The notes under the pieces were generated by a model. That model made no database searches, was not told the origin of the DNA, and saw nothing but the letters and a program-made list of their open reading frames with translations. Source: Flavobacteriaceae bacterium (GTDB lineage: Bacteria > Bacteroidota > Bacteroidia > Flavobacteriales > Flavobacteriaceae). From it: DNA of 64,000 nucleotides. Where the stretch lies: positions 5,220-69,219 of the forward strand of contig CANFZM010000013.1 of NCBI GenBank assembly GCA_947451525.1, in the 5' to 3' direction. Both the position numbers and the translations under genes were made by a program. Of this stretch, positions 1-10,635 are shown piece by piece (the first letter of the stretch is position 1; each line of letters starts with the position of its first letter).

Positions 1-267
1 TACGGGTTTAAAACCATCTTCAATAGCAGGAACGGCACGCTCCAAAATAACATAGGAAGCGTAATCCAAAAACCAATCTTTGTACATTCCTGTAACCTTG
101 GTAATGGTATCTTCTGGATTTTCGTCGTTTTCGTAAAAGTGATTCCCGCCTTTAGACACTAGATCTTCAAAGCCTTCTTCACTACTTTCCTCATTGTTAG
201 ATTCGTTTAACTCGTCGTTAGTTTCGTCTTCGTTTGGAACAATGTTGTCTTCTTCTTCGTCTTTCAT
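1..267 (-). CDS. parC: DNA topoisomerase IV subunit A (5' part; runs off window start)
   Basis: ATG at 267 (revcomp) gives MKDEEEDNIV...GMYKDWFLDYASYVILERAVPAIEDGFKPV, the GyrA/ParC N-terminal motif; directly downstream of parE. Confidence 0.85.
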   Translation of the reverse strand, partial: MKDEEEDNIVPNEDETNDELNESNNEESSEEGFEDLVSKGGNHFYENDENPEDTITKVTGMYKDWFLDYASYVILERAVPAIEDGFKPV

Positions 268-309
268 TTATGCTGAATATTTCAGTATCATTTTCAGTTA
301 ACTGTATAT

Positions 310-2166
310 CTAATTTTTCTCAATCACATTCAAATCTACTTTCAGATTATTGATAATAAATATCTGTCTGTCGGGTGTGTTTTTACCCATATAGAATTCT
401 AAAAGAGTCTCTATTGGTGTAGCTTTATCTAACATTACGGGGTCTAATCGAATGCTTTCACCAATAAAATTCTTAAACTCGTCTGGAGAAATCTCTCCCA
501 ATCCTTTAAATCGGGTAATTTCTGGTTTTGGTTTTAGTTTTTCAATGGCATCTCTTCGTTCTTCATCCGAATAACAATAGATGGTTTCCTTTTTATTTCG
601 GACTCTAAACAAAGGCGTTTGTAAAATATACAAATGTCCTTCCTTGATCATTTCTGGAAAAAACTGCAAGAAAAAAGTTATCAAAAGTAATCGAATGTGC
701 ATTCCATCGACATCGGCATCGGTGGCAATTACGATGTTGTTGTAACGCAAATCTTCAATACCTTCTTCAATGTTTAAAGCCGCTTGAAGCAAATTAAACT
801 CTTCGTTTTCGTATACAATTTTCTTGGACATTCCATAGGAGTTCAAGGGCTTACCACGCAAACTAAATACGGCTTGTGTATTCACATCCCGGCTTTTAGT
901 AATGGAACCCGAAGCGGAATCTCCCTCGGTAATAAAAAGCGTGCTTTCTAGACTTCGTGGATTTTTAGCATCGGTTAAATGCACACGACAATCACGTAAT
1001 TTTTTATTGTGTAAATTCGATTTTTTAGCACGGTCTTTGGCTAATTTTCGAATTCCAGAAAGTTCTTTTCGTTCGCGTTCGGCTTGTAAAATTTTGCGTA
1101 AAAGCAAATCGGCAACTTCTGGATTTTTATGTAGAAAATTGTCTAATTTGGTTGTGATGAAATCGTGAATGAACGTTCTTACAGTAGGACCATTCGGACC
1201 AATATCATTGGAACCTAATTTGGTTTTGGTTTGACTTTCAAAAACGGGTTCTTCCACTTTTATGGAAACTGCTGAAACGATGGATTTACGAATATCGGAC
1301 GCTTCAAATCCTTTATTATAATAATCTCGGATGGTTTTAACGATTGCCTCTCGGAATGCGTTTAAATGCGTTCCTCCTTGGGTGGTATTTTGTCCGTTGA
1401 CAAACGAGTGGTATTCTTCGGAATATTGTGATTTACTGTGGGTTAATGCTATTTCTATATCTTCGCCTTCAAGGTGAATGATAGGATATTGCATGTCTTC
1501 CTCAGTGATGGTTTCTTCTAACAAATCTTTTAATCCGAACTCTGAAAGGTATTTTTCGCCATTAAAATAAATCGATAATCCACGATTTAAATAACAGTAA
1601 TTTTTGAGCATTTTGATGATATACTCATTTCGGTATTTGTAATTTTTGAAAATGGCTTCGTCGGCAATAAAGGCAACTTTAGTTCCTTTTCGTTTGGTAG
1701 ATTCTGCAACATCTTCTTCTAAAGTTAGATTTCCTTCCGAGAACTCGGCTGCTTTTTGTTGGTTATCTCGAACCGATTCTACACGAAAATAATTGGACAA
1801 AGCGTTTACTGCTTTGGTACCAACTCCGTTCAAACCAACTGATTTTTTAAAGGCTTTGGAATCGTATTTTCCACCGGTATTCATTTTGGAAACTACATCA
1901 ACCACTTTCCCTAAAGGAATTCCACGACCATAATCGCGAACGGTAACGAGTTTGTCTTTGATGGTAACTTCAATTACTTTTCCGGCACCCATAACAAATT
2001 CGTCGATGCAGTTATCGATAACTTCTTTAAGAAGAATGTAAATTCCATCATCGGGTGACGAACCGTCTCCGAGTTTCCCAATGTACATTCCAGGACGCAT
2101 TCGGATGTGTTCTTTCCAATCGAGTGAACGAATATTGTCTTCGTCGTATTTAGTTTCGTCTGCCAT
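310..2166 (-). CDS. parE: DNA topoisomerase IV subunit B
   Basis: GHKL motifs ([19 protein letters not shown]), TOPRIM EGDSA, DADVDG, RFKGLGE; 618 aa. Confidence 0.92.
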   Translation of the reverse strand: MADETKYDEDNIRSLDWKEHIRMRPGMYIGKLGDGSSPDDGIYILLKEVIDNCIDEFVMGAGKVIEVTIKDKLVTVRDYGRGIPLGKVVDVVSKMNTGGKYDSKAFKKSVGLNGVGTKAVNALSNYFRVESVRDNQQKAAEFSEGNLTLEEDVAESTKRKGTKVAFIADEAIFKNYKYRNEYIIKMLKNYCYLNRGLSIYFNGEKYLSEFGLKDLLEETITEEDMQYPIIHLEGEDIEIALTHSKSQYSEEYHSFVNGQNTTQGGTHLNAFREAIVKTIRDYYNKGFEASDIRKSIVSAVSIKVEEPVFESQTKTKLGSNDIGPNGPTVRTFIHDFITTKLDNFLHKNPEVADLLLRKILQAERERKELSGIRKLAKDRAKKSNLHNKKLRDCRVHLTDAKNPRSLESTLFITEGDSASGSITKSRDVNTQAVFSLRGKPLNSYGMSKKIVYENEEFNLLQAALNIEEGIEDLRYNNIVIATDADVDGMHIRLLLITFFLQFFPEMIKEGHLYILQTPLFRVRNKKETIYCYSDEERRDAIEKLKPKPEITRFKGLGEISPDEFKNFIGESIRLDPVMLDKATPIETLLEFYMGKNTPDRQIFIINNLKVDLNVIEKN

Positions 2167-2347
2167 TTTAAAATAAATCGAATTTGTGCTAATGTAGTGA
2201 ATTTCGAAGTGTATTTAAAATGATATTTACCAAAGTTATTAAGAATGTTTTTGACAATTTAATGAGCTAGAAGTTGGGAGATGGGAGATGGAAGTTGAGA
2301 GAAAAGAATATAGAAAATGGATTATTGGAAAATTATTTGGATTATGT

Positions 2348-2370
2348 GATTTCTCCTGCGTCGAAATGAC
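2348..2370. repeat. REP-like element (GTCATT...AATC family)
   Basis: GATTTCTCCTGCGTCGAAATGAC. Confidence 0.6.
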
Positions 2371-2402
2371 AAAAATAGTTCCTATAACAACTGATTTTTC
2401 TC

Positions 2403-2543
2403 TTGCCCCAGATTGTAATGGAAAGCATTTTGCAGGAAAACGCTATTTTTTGTTGCCCTAAAAAAGCGACCAACGGAAGCTCTTTTTAGGGCTTACAAAA
2501 AAAGTTTTTTACAAAAAATCTTGGAATGGAAAGCTGGATTAGG
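2403..2543 (+). ncRNA. Flavo-1-like structured repeat element, copy 1
   Basis: GCCCCAGATTGTAATGGAAAGC ... TTGGAATGGAAAGCTGGA ends shared with the other copies; family name recalled, not searched. Confidence 0.55.
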
Positions 2544-2547
2544 CCCA

Positions 2548-2578
2548 TAAAAAAACCGCAAAATTTCTCTTGCGGTTT
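2548..2578 (-). terminator. Intrinsic terminator after ychF
   Basis: AAACCGCAA / TTGCGGTTT stem with an A-tract on the left. Confidence 0.7.
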
Positions 2579-2596
2579 ATCTATTTTGTTTGATGA

Positions 2597-2620
2597 GATT
2601 GCTTCGTTCCTCGCAATGAC
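2597..2620. repeat. REP-like element abutting the ychF stop
   Basis: GATTGCTTCGTTCCTCGCAATGAC, identical to 9424-9447. Confidence 0.75.
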
Positions 2621-3714
2621 TATACGTTGAAACGGAAATGCATCACATCGCCATCTTTAACGATGTATTCTTTTCCTTCTACGCGAAGTTTTCCGGCTTC
2701 TTTTACTTTGGCTTCTGACCCAAAATTAGAGAAATCTTCGTAAGCGATAACCTCAGCACGGATGAATCCTTTTTCGAAATCGGTGTGGATAACTCCAGCC
2801 GCTTTTGGTGCGGTATCTCCAACGTTTATGGTCCAAGCACGAACTTCTTTAACTCCTGCCGTGAAGTAGGTTTGTAGTTTTAAAAGTCGGTAAGCAGCAC
2901 GAATTAATACGGCTGAACCTGGCTCGGTTAACCCCATATCTTCTAAGAACACTTGACGTTCTTCATAACTTTCTAATTCGGTGATATCGGCCTCTGCCCC
3001 TACCGAAAGGATGATTACTTCGGCGTCTTCGTCTTTTACTAATTCGCGAACTTGATTTACATATTTATTACCATTTACAGCCGATTCTTCATCTACGTTA
3101 CAAACATACAATACTGGTTTGGCAGTGATTAATTGGAAATCTTCTAATAAATCTATTTCGTCTTGATTTTGAGGAAGCACGGTTCTAGCAGATTTTGCTT
3201 GAAGTAAATTCTCGCGAATTCTATCTAAAAATGCTTTCTCTACTTGGGCTTCTTTATTACCCGTTTTGGCGGCACGATTTACTTTTTCTAAACGTTTTTC
3301 AACCGTTTCTAAATCTTTTAATTGCAATTCGATATCGATAGTTTCTTTATCACGAATTGGGTTTACATTTCCATCAACGTGAACAATATTATCGTTATCA
3401 AAACACCGCAACACATGAATGATTGCATTACACTCTCTGATGTTTCCAAGAAATTGATTTCCTAAACCTTCGCCTTTACTTGCTCCTTTTACTAAACCTG
3501 CTATATCTACGATATCTACAGTTGCCATTTGAACGCGCTCTGGATTTACCAATTCTTCTAAACGAATCATTCTTGGATCGGGTACGTTAACCACCCCAAT
3601 ATTAGGTTCGATAGTACAAAACGGAAAGTTGGCACTTTGCGCTTTTGCATTAGATAAACAATTAAATAAAGTTGATTTTCCTACGTTTGGTAATCCTACA
3701 ATTCCTGCTTTCAT
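2620..3714 (-). CDS. ychF: Redox-regulated ATPase YchF
   Basis: MKAGIVGLPNVGKST, FPFCTIEPN, DIAGLVKGAS, C-terminal DGDVMHFRFNV; start trimmed to the MKAG methionine. Confidence 0.95.
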   Translation of the reverse strand: MKAGIVGLPNVGKSTLFNCLSNAKAQSANFPFCTIEPNIGVVNVPDPRMIRLEELVNPERVQMATVDIVDIAGLVKGASKGEGLGNQFLGNIRECNAIIHVLRCFDNDNIVHVDGNVNPIRDKETIDIELQLKDLETVEKRLEKVNRAAKTGNKEAQVEKAFLDRIRENLLQAKSARTVLPQNQDEIDLLEDFQLITAKPVLYVCNVDEESAVNGNKYVNQVRELVKDEDAEVIILSVGAEADITELESYEERQVFLEDMGLTEPGSAVLIRAAYRLLKLQTYFTAGVKEVRAWTINVGDTAPKAAGVIHTDFEKGFIRAEVIAYEDFSNFGSEAKVKEAGKLRVEGKEYIVKDGDVMHFRFNV

Positions 3715-3964
3715 TGTGACTGTTATTTTTAAAAGTGTGCAAATATAAGGTATTAATGTCAAGTTACAAAAGCTTTAAAAATTGCAGTCTTCAAAACAGT
3801 CGTCCTATAAATTAAACTAATTTAATTTTTGCTAAATTACTTTTACAAATGATACATTAAGCTTTCTGAATATGGGATTTTTACAATTATTTTCTTATTG
3901 AATGTAAGAAAATCATTAGTAATTTCATTGAACTTTGTTGGATAATAATTAAAAAACTGTACCT

Positions 3965-4504
3965 ATGAAAACTATTCTAATTGGAGCCACAACCTTACTG
4001 ATTTCGCTTAACATGCAGGCACAAAACACTAATGTTAAAGATGAGACAAAAACTACCACTACCACTATAACCGATTCAAAAGGGGATAAAAAATATGTAA
4101 AAAAAGAAAACACTCGTGAAGTGCAAGAAATTGAACTGAAAAAAGAAAATCCAAATTCACCCAACATTGAAACGAAACCATCTCCAGTTGAAGTAGTTAC
4201 TACAACTAAAATAACAAATCCGGATGGAACCACTAGAACTGTAGATATAGACAGAACTTCGTATTATTCATTTAATGGAAAAAAATACAAAGTAGATTTA
4301 GATGCAAAAGGATATAGAATTATTTCAGACGATTCTAAAAAAACAGCATTATTGAGAAAAACTTCTACCAATAGTTTTATTTATAGAAATGGTGAAAAAA
4401 CATCAATTGGCTATTTTGACATCAACGGAAATTTGGTTTTAGAAACTTATGACCCAAAAACCGATAGTGTTTCTTATGAAACTTATATCGTTGCAAAAAA
4501 ATAA
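3965..4504 (+). CDS. Hypothetical secreted protein, Thr/Lys-rich
   Basis: 179-aa ORF with signal-peptide-like N-terminus (MKTILIGATTLLISLNMQAQ), followed by a terminator. Confidence 0.75.
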   Translation: MKTILIGATTLLISLNMQAQNTNVKDETKTTTTTITDSKGDKKYVKKENTREVQEIELKKENPNSPNIETKPSPVEVVTTTKITNPDGTTRTVDIDRTSYYSFNGKKYKVDLDAKGYRIISDDSKKTALLRKTSTNSFIYRNGEKTSIGYFDINGNLVLETYDPKTDSVSYETYIVAKK

Positions 4505-4520
4505 ATATTTGATGTAATTT

Positions 4521-4559
4521 AAAAATCCTGTATCAATTAAATGATACAGGATTTTTTTT
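4521..4559. terminator. Bidirectional intrinsic terminator
   Basis: AAAAATCCTGTATCA / TGATACAGGATTTTT stem between convergent genes. Confidence 0.85.
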
Positions 4560-4560
4560 G

Positions 4561-4911
4561 TTATTCGTTGTGCAAAAATGCTTGTCTATTTAAAAGCGTT
4601 TCTTCGCTTTCTACATGATTATCATCTGGAATACAACAATCTACAGGACATACTGCAGCACATTGTGGTTCTTCATGAAATCCTTTACACTCGGTGCATT
4701 TTCCAGGAACAATATAATAAACATCATCGGAAACTGGTGTTTGTGCAGCATCCGAATCGACTTCGGTACCATCAGGCAAAATAACTTTCCCTTTTAGTTT
4801 AGTACCATCCTTGTAACGCCAATCGTCTGCACCTTCATATATTGCTGTATTAGGACATTCTGGCTCACAAGCACCACAATTAATACATTCATCTGTTATT
4901 ATTATTGCCAT
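4561..4911 (-). CDS. 2x[4Fe-4S] ferredoxin
   Basis: [12 protein letters not shown] and [18 protein letters not shown] motifs. Confidence 0.92.
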   Translation of the reverse strand: MAIIITDECINCGACEPECPNTAIYEGADDWRYKDGTKLKGKVILPDGTEVDSDAAQTPVSDDVYYIVPGKCTECKGFHEEPQCAAVCPVDCCIPDDNHVESEETLLNRQAFLHNE

Positions 4912-5026
4912 TTTTAAATTTTAGATATTAAAATTTAGATATTAGATTTAAAAAATCTATTTTCCTAAATGATTTGTTTAATTTTGTGCAAAATTACAAT
5001 CAAAACCATTCATAAACAAGTTACAA

Positions 5027-6085
5027 ATGTTACAAATCGAAAAAAAAAACTGCTTTATAGCATTAGGGAAGTTTTTAAGCCAATTTTCATTAGATAATTC
5101 TGCGAAAAACCCTGCAGTTGTAAACAATGATTTGTTTTATGAGGAATTTTTAAACTTGATTGATTTATCGCAATCCCACAATGGATGGTTTACACCAGAT
5201 CAAGTTTATTTTGCTATACAATCTTGGGCAGAAGCACTTACCGAAGACAATTTAAATCTTTGGTTATCCAAATATGATTTCAGCACCATACAACCCAAAA
5301 CCGTTGCATTAATTTTAGCAGGAAACATTCCGCTAGTAGGTTTTCATGATTTTTTATCGGTAGTAATTTCAGGTCATAAAGTATTGGTAAAAACATCTTC
5401 TAACGATCAGAAACTGTTGCCTTTTTTAGCCAAATATCTTATTTCAATTCATCCTGAACTAGAAAACCACATCACCTTCACTGAAGGGAAAATGGAAAAT
5501 TTTGACGCCGTTATTGCCACAGGAAGCAATAATACAGCACGTTATTTTGAATATTATTTTAAAGACAAACCAAGTATTATTCGAAAAAGCAGAAATTCGG
5601 TTGCAGTTTTAACAGGAAATGAAACCCAAGAAAATTTAGCAAATTTAGGCGAAGATATTTTTAGATATTTTGGCTTGGGATGCCGAAATGTTTCTAAATT
5701 ATTTGTTCCAAAAGGCTATAATTTTGATGCTTTTTTTCAAGCAATTTACGAACAAAAGGACGTTATTTATTATGAAAAATATGCTAACAATTATGACTAC
5801 AACAAGGCAGTTTTCTTGATGAGTAATTTCAAATTATTAGATAATGAGTTCTTAACTATTAAGGAAGATTCTAGTTATGCCTCCCCTATTTCGTCGGTAT
5901 TTTATGAATTCTACGATGATATAAACGAAATTAAAAATCGTTTAGAAGTAGATGCAGAGCAAATTCAATGTATTGTTTCTAATGGAATTACAGATAATAG
6001 TATTCCATTTGGGCAAACCCAAAAACCAAACCTTTGGGACTATGCCGACAATGTAGATACTTTGGAATTTTTGTTGGGAATTTAG
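5027..6085 (+). CDS. Acyl-CoA reductase (LuxC-like)
   Basis: AGNIPLVGFHD, ATGSNNTARYF, YFGLGCRNVSK motifs. Confidence 0.85.
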   Translation: MLQIEKKNCFIALGKFLSQFSLDNSAKNPAVVNNDLFYEEFLNLIDLSQSHNGWFTPDQVYFAIQSWAEALTEDNLNLWLSKYDFSTIQPKTVALILAGNIPLVGFHDFLSVVISGHKVLVKTSSNDQKLLPFLAKYLISIHPELENHITFTEGKMENFDAVIATGSNNTARYFEYYFKDKPSIIRKSRNSVAVLTGNETQENLANLGEDIFRYFGLGCRNVSKLFVPKGYNFDAFFQAIYEQKDVIYYEKYANNYDYNKAVFLMSNFKLLDNEFLTIKEDSSYASPISSVFYEFYDDINEIKNRLEVDAEQIQCIVSNGITDNSIPFGQTQKPNLWDYADNVDTLEFLLGI

Positions 6086-6699
6086 GTAGTTTCAAATTTC
6101 ACGTTATCGTAAATATCGGATAATTTTAATTTTATTTCAAGTGCTTCAATTTCGAAACTATCTTGAATCGATTTATATTCCGTCATCAACCAACTTTGGT
6201 CTTGATTTCTGTAATATTTAATAACATTCAATTGTTCACTATCTATTAAAATATATTCTTTTAAGGTTTCAATTTGTCTATACAATTCAAATTTTTGACC
6301 TAAATCATAACTTCGAGTTGTTTTAGATAAAATTTCAAAAATAACAATAGGATTTATTGCAGTATCCTTTTCGTTATCTAAAGTTTCTGCCTCGTTACAA
6401 TATACACTAATATCTGGATAAGTATATAAGGTGTTTTCAGGGATGTTAACTCTCATATCACTTCCGTAAGGGCGGCAAGGTTTTCCTTTCAATTTATGTT
6501 TTAATTCATAAATACAATTAGCAGAAATTTCGTTATGCGATTTGGATGCACCACTCATGGCAACTATTTCACCTTTTGTATCTTCATATCTATGTAAAGG
6601 AAAAACTTCACCTTTATAATATTCATGTTTATTTAACGCCAATCGCTCGGCATCAAGATACTCTTGTTCAGTGATATAATGTATTTGTGGAATTCCCAT
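6082..6699 (-). CDS. Uma2 family (PD-(D/E)xK-like) endonuclease
   Basis: KHEYYKGEV, MSGASKSHNEI, YPDISVYC, EILSKTTRSYDLGQKFELYRQI; the ORF-track TTG start lies inside a TAnnTTTG box, so ATG at 6699 was chosen. Confidence 0.85.
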   Translation of the reverse strand: MGIPQIHYITEQEYLDAERLALNKHEYYKGEVFPLHRYEDTKGEIVAMSGASKSHNEISANCIYELKHKLKGKPCRPYGSDMRVNIPENTLYTYPDISVYCNEAETLDNEKDTAINPIVIFEILSKTTRSYDLGQKFELYRQIETLKEYILIDSEQLNVIKYYRNQDQSWLMTEYKSIQDSFEIEALEIKLKLSDIYDNVKFETT

Positions 6700-6717
6700 T
6701 GCAAACCTTTTGAAATA

Positions 6718-6725
6718 CAAATATA
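6718..6725 (-). promoter_or_regulatory. -7 promoter box for Uma2
   Basis: Revcomp TATATTTG. Confidence 0.55.
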
Positions 6726-6891
6726 CTATTTATTTTAATTCTAAAAATTAAATCTCAATTGAAATCTAGACAAAATAGGTTATCAACTATTACGTTTTCG
6801 TTAATAACATAGCCTTTTTATTGCCATATTCAAAAGTCGATTTCCAACACTATTTCCGAAATTTGCACCTTTAAAATTTGGAAACTACACC

Positions 6892-7962
6892 ATGAAAAAA
6901 CACAACTACAGCGCAGGTCCTTGTATCTTACCACAAGAAGTATTCGAAAAATCGGCACAAGCCATTTTAAATTTTAATAATTCCGATTTATCTTTATTGG
7001 AAATTTCACACCGTAGCAAAGATTTTGTTGCTGTAATGGACCAAGCAAGAGCCTTAGTTTTAGAACTTTTAGGACTTGAAGGTAAAGGATACCAAGCCTT
7101 ATTTTTGGCAGGTGGAGCAAGTTTGGAGTTTCTAATGGTTCCTTATAACTTAATGAAAACCGACGGAAAAGCTGCTTATTTGGATACTGGAACTTGGGCA
7201 AACAATGCCATAAAAGAAGCCAAACATTTTGGAGAAACCCTTGTAGTTGCATCCTCTAAAGAGGAAAATTACAACCACATTCCAAAAGGATATTCTATTC
7301 CTACGGATGCTTCATATTTTCACTGTACAAGTAATAACACCATTTTTGGAACCCAAATGAAATCGTTTCCAGAAACGGATCTTCCAATGGTTTGCGATAT
7401 GAGTTCGGATATTTTTTCTAGAACTTTAGATTTTTCTAAATTCGATTTAATTTATGCTGGAGCCCAAAAAAATATGGGTCCTGCAGGAACTACTTTGGTG
7501 GTTGTTAAAGAAGAAATCTTAGGAAAATCAGGTCGTTACATTCCGAGTATGTTGGATTATGAAAAACATATTAAGGCTGAAAGCATGTACAACACGCCAC
7601 CGGTTTTCCCTGTTTATGCATCGCTATTAACGCTAGAATGGTTGAAAAACCTTGGCGGAATTGCTGCAATAGAAAAAATTAATAAGGCTAAAGCTGCTTT
7701 ACTTTATGCAGAAATAGACAGAAATCCTTTATTTAAAGGTGCTGCCGCTGTGGAAGACAGAAGTATCATGAATGCAACTTTCTTATTAAACGACGAAAGC
7801 CACGCTCCTATCTTTGACAAAATGTGGAAAGATGCTGGAATTTCTGGTTTGCCAGGACACCGTTCTGTTGGTGGATACCGCGCTTCTATGTACAATGCTT
7901 TACCATTGGAAAGCGTGCAAGTATTGGTAGATGTGATGCAGGCTTTGGAGAAAAGTGTTTAA
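6892..7962 (+). CDS. serC: Phosphoserine aminotransferase
   Basis: NYSAGPCILP, GAQKNMGPAG (PLP lysine), GHRSVGGYRASMYNA. Confidence 0.95.
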   Translation: MKKHNYSAGPCILPQEVFEKSAQAILNFNNSDLSLLEISHRSKDFVAVMDQARALVLELLGLEGKGYQALFLAGGASLEFLMVPYNLMKTDGKAAYLDTGTWANNAIKEAKHFGETLVVASSKEENYNHIPKGYSIPTDASYFHCTSNNTIFGTQMKSFPETDLPMVCDMSSDIFSRTLDFSKFDLIYAGAQKNMGPAGTTLVVVKEEILGKSGRYIPSMLDYEKHIKAESMYNTPPVFPVYASLLTLEWLKNLGGIAAIEKINKAKAALLYAEIDRNPLFKGAAAVEDRSIMNATFLLNDESHAPIFDKMWKDAGISGLPGHRSVGGYRASMYNALPLESVQVLVDVMQALEKSV

Positions 7963-7972
7963 TTTTTTTTAG

Positions 7973-7980
7973 TATATTTG
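7973..7980 (+). promoter_or_regulatory. -7 promoter box for the kinase-GNAT pair
   Basis: TATATTTG 13 nt before the ATG. Confidence 0.55.
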
Positions 7981-7993
7981 AAGTCTAAAAATA

Positions 7994-8605
7994 ATGAATG
8001 ATGAAATACAACATATCATTTCAAGAAAGAGCCAAATTGGGAAAGGAATTGTTGTCAAAACAATTACCGATTTCCTTGCAGGATGCCAAGAAGCAAGTGG
8101 AATGGCTAAAACAGATAAGCACTTCAAAGAAAAAGAAACAAAGAATTTAATTAACTTTATAGAAACTGAGAAACTTTGGTATTCCTCCATTAACATTAAT
8201 GATTATATTGCGGAAGGTGCTGAACAAAAAGTTTATATTAAAAATGAAAATAGTGTTTTAAAACTAAATGATTCTATTTATTATCTTTCTTGGATAGATT
8301 ATTTTCAAAATTTACTACTTCACAATTATTTTTTCCCTGACACTTGCTATGATTTATTAGGTTTTTATTTACATGAAGGCATATTATATGCTGTTGTACA
8401 ACAACCTTTTGTAAAAGCTACTGAAAAAACAGATTTAGATTTAGTTAAACTTTTTTTAACCAATAATGGATTTCAAAACACAAGAAATAATGATTATTTT
8501 AATCCAGAATTAAGATTGATTTTAGAAGATTTGCATGATGAAAATGTGCTTACTCAAAATGGAATATTGTATTTTATAGACACCGTTTTTTATATTACAG
8601 ATTAA
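7994..8605 (+). CDS. Putative protein kinase-like protein (polyvalent-protein kinase family-like)
   Basis: AEGAEQKVY (Gly-loop-like), LKLN, EDLHDENVL (catalytic-loop-like), FIDTVF (DFG-like). Confidence 0.6.
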   Translation: MNDEIQHIISRKSQIGKGIVVKTITDFLAGCQEASGMAKTDKHFKEKETKNLINFIETEKLWYSSININDYIAEGAEQKVYIKNENSVLKLNDSIYYLSWIDYFQNLLLHNYFFPDTCYDLLGFYLHEGILYAVVQQPFVKATEKTDLDLVKLFLTNNGFQNTRNNDYFNPELRLILEDLHDENVLTQNGILYFIDTVFYITD

Positions 8606-8607
8606 TA

Positions 8608-9207
8608 ATGACTTTCAACTTTAAAGATAACTATATTTTAGAAAACGAAGTCGTTAGGCTGGAACCATTAACGATGTCTCATTTTGATTCACTAGTTGAA
8701 TTTTCAATTAACGAACCTGAGATTTGGAGTTTTAATGCAAATGGTCCTGATAGTCGTGAGAATTTGAATAAGTATATCGAAAAAGCGCTGTCTCAAAAAG
8801 AAAAACTGGTAGAATACCCGTTTATCGTTTTTGATAAAATTAAAAATAAAGTTGCAGGAAGTACCCGTTTTTATAATATAAGTCTGGAAACTAAAAATTT
8901 AGAAATAGGATTTACTTGGTACGGAAAAGAATTTCAAGGAACTTTGCTTAACAAAAATTGCAAGTATTTACTTTTGGAATTTGCATTTGAAAAAATGAAT
9001 TTAGAAAGAGTTGGTTTTAGAGCCAATAATTTAAACAAAAGAAGTATCAATGCTATGAAAAGTATCGGTTGTGTTGAAGAAGGTGTGCTAAGAAATTTTA
9101 GTACCGATGCCAAAGGAGAAAGAATAGATGCTATTGTTTTAAGCATTATAAAAAGTGAATGGTTTACTGGTACGAAAGAAAGACTTAAAGAAAAAATAAG
9201 TACTTAA
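8608..9207 (+). CDS. GNAT N-acetyltransferase, RimJ/RimL-like
   Basis: LEIGFTWYGK, LLLEFAFE, NKRSINAMKSIGCVEEGVLR. Confidence 0.88.
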   Translation: MTFNFKDNYILENEVVRLEPLTMSHFDSLVEFSINEPEIWSFNANGPDSRENLNKYIEKALSQKEKLVEYPFIVFDKIKNKVAGSTRFYNISLETKNLEIGFTWYGKEFQGTLLNKNCKYLLLEFAFEKMNLERVGFRANNLNKRSINAMKSIGCVEEGVLRNFSTDAKGERIDAIVLSIIKSEWFTGTKERLKEKIST

Positions 9208-9241
9208 AATTGCTAAAATGCCCAAGCCATTACTGTAAGCT

Positions 9242-9382
9242 TAGCCCTGATAGTAGTGAAAAGCCTTTGGAAGTTGAAAACCAATTTTTGTTTTTATAAA
9301 AAAGCGACCAACGGAAGCTCTTTTTATAAAATTACAAAAATGGTTTGAAACGAAAAAGCTTGAAACGAATAGCAGGAATAGC
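9242..9382 (+). ncRNA. Flavo-1-like structured repeat element, copy 2
   Basis: AGCCCTGATAGTAGTGAAAAGCC ... TTGAAACGAATAGCAGGAATAGC; 30-nt core identical to copy 1. Confidence 0.55.
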
Positions 9383-9423
9383 TTTTAAAAATAAATTTAA
9401 AATAAATAATTAATTGAGGATGC

Positions 9424-9447
9424 GATTGCTTCGTTCCTCGCAATGAC
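9424..9447. repeat. REP-like element 6 nt upstream of serA
   Basis: GATTGCTTCGTTCCTCGCAATGAC. Confidence 0.75.
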
Positions 9448-9453
9448 AATAAA

Positions 9454-10407
9454 ATGAAAGTATTAGCGAACGACGGAATTTCTAAAAGCGGAATTAAAGC
9501 CTTAGAAAAAGGAGGTTTTGAAGTAATTACCACTAAAGTTGCACAAGAACAAGTTGCCAATTTCATCAACAATAATGATGTATCGGTTCTTTTAGTAAGA
9601 AGTGCAACTAAAGTGCGTCAAGATATTATTGATGCTTGCCCAGGACTAAAAGTTATTGGTCGTGGTGGTGTTGGTATGGACAATATTGATGTTGAATATG
9701 CTCGTGCTAACGGAAAGCAGGTTATTAATACACCAGCTTCTTCATCGGAAAGTGTAGCCGAATTAGTATTTGCTCATTTATTTACAGGAGTTCGTTTCTT
9801 ACACGATTCTAACAGAACCATGCCTCTTGAAGGCGATACCAATTTTGATGGTTTGAAAAAAGCCTACGCTAACGGAATTGAATTGCGTGGAAAAACTCTG
9901 GGAATTATTGGTTTTGGACGTATTGGCCAAGCAGTTGCTAAAATGGCTCTCGGACTAGGAATGAAAGTTATTGCTGCAGATAAATTTGTAAGTAAAGCCG
10001 AAATTAAAGTTGATTTTTACACCGGACAATTCATTAATGTAGATATTATCACGGAACCATTGGAAGATTTATTCAAACATTCGGATTTTATTACTTTACA
10101 CGTTCCCGCACAAGAGGGATATGTTATTGATAAAGAAGAATTGGCGCAAATGAAAGACAATGTGGGTATTGTAAACTGTGCTCGTGGTGGGGTTGTTAAT
10201 GAAGTTGCACTTATAGAAGCATTGGATAACAACAAGGTTTTATTTGCTGGATTAGATGTTTTTGAAAATGAACCAACTCCAGAAATTCAAATATTGATGC
10301 ACTCAAGAATTTCATTAACTCCGCATATTGGTGCTGCAACATTAGAAGCCCAAGATAGAATTGGAACCGAACTTGCAGAACAAATTATTGGAATATTGAA
10401 AAAATAA
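9454..10407 (+). CDS. serA: D-3-phosphoglycerate dehydrogenase / D-2-hydroxyacid dehydrogenase
   Basis: GRGGVGMDNID, GIIGFGRIG, NCARGG, LDVFENEP, TPHIGA; near serC. Confidence 0.8.
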   Translation: MKVLANDGISKSGIKALEKGGFEVITTKVAQEQVANFINNNDVSVLLVRSATKVRQDIIDACPGLKVIGRGGVGMDNIDVEYARANGKQVINTPASSSESVAELVFAHLFTGVRFLHDSNRTMPLEGDTNFDGLKKAYANGIELRGKTLGIIGFGRIGQAVAKMALGLGMKVIAADKFVSKAEIKVDFYTGQFINVDIITEPLEDLFKHSDFITLHVPAQEGYVIDKEELAQMKDNVGIVNCARGGVVNEVALIEALDNNKVLFAGLDVFENEPTPEIQILMHSRISLTPHIGAATLEAQDRIGTELAEQIIGILKK

Positions 10408-10450
10408 TTATATTATCTCCTATTATTGAGACTCTTACCTACTAATCTCT

Positions 10451-10480
10451 AAAAATCACGCTAATTGGCGTGATTTTTTT
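10451..10480 (+). terminator. Intrinsic terminator after serA
   Basis: AAAAATCACGC / GCGTGATTTTTTT. Confidence 0.8.
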
Positions 10481-10635
10481 TGTTTATTTATTAAAAAAAA
10501 GTGGGATTTATGTAAATCTAAAAGTTCATTATATAACATATAATCACTAAGTTTTCATCAAATTTGGTAAAGAAATTATTCCTAAAAAGGCTCACTTATA
10601 GGAATTCAATATTTCAAATTTAAAAAAATAAAATC

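Noticed and set aside
6721-6752. Possible duplicated reductase 3' end beyond Uma2 (YTIYFNSKN* vs DTLEFLLGI*)
   Set aside because: Nucleotide identity is too low to distinguish from chance in AT-rich DNA.
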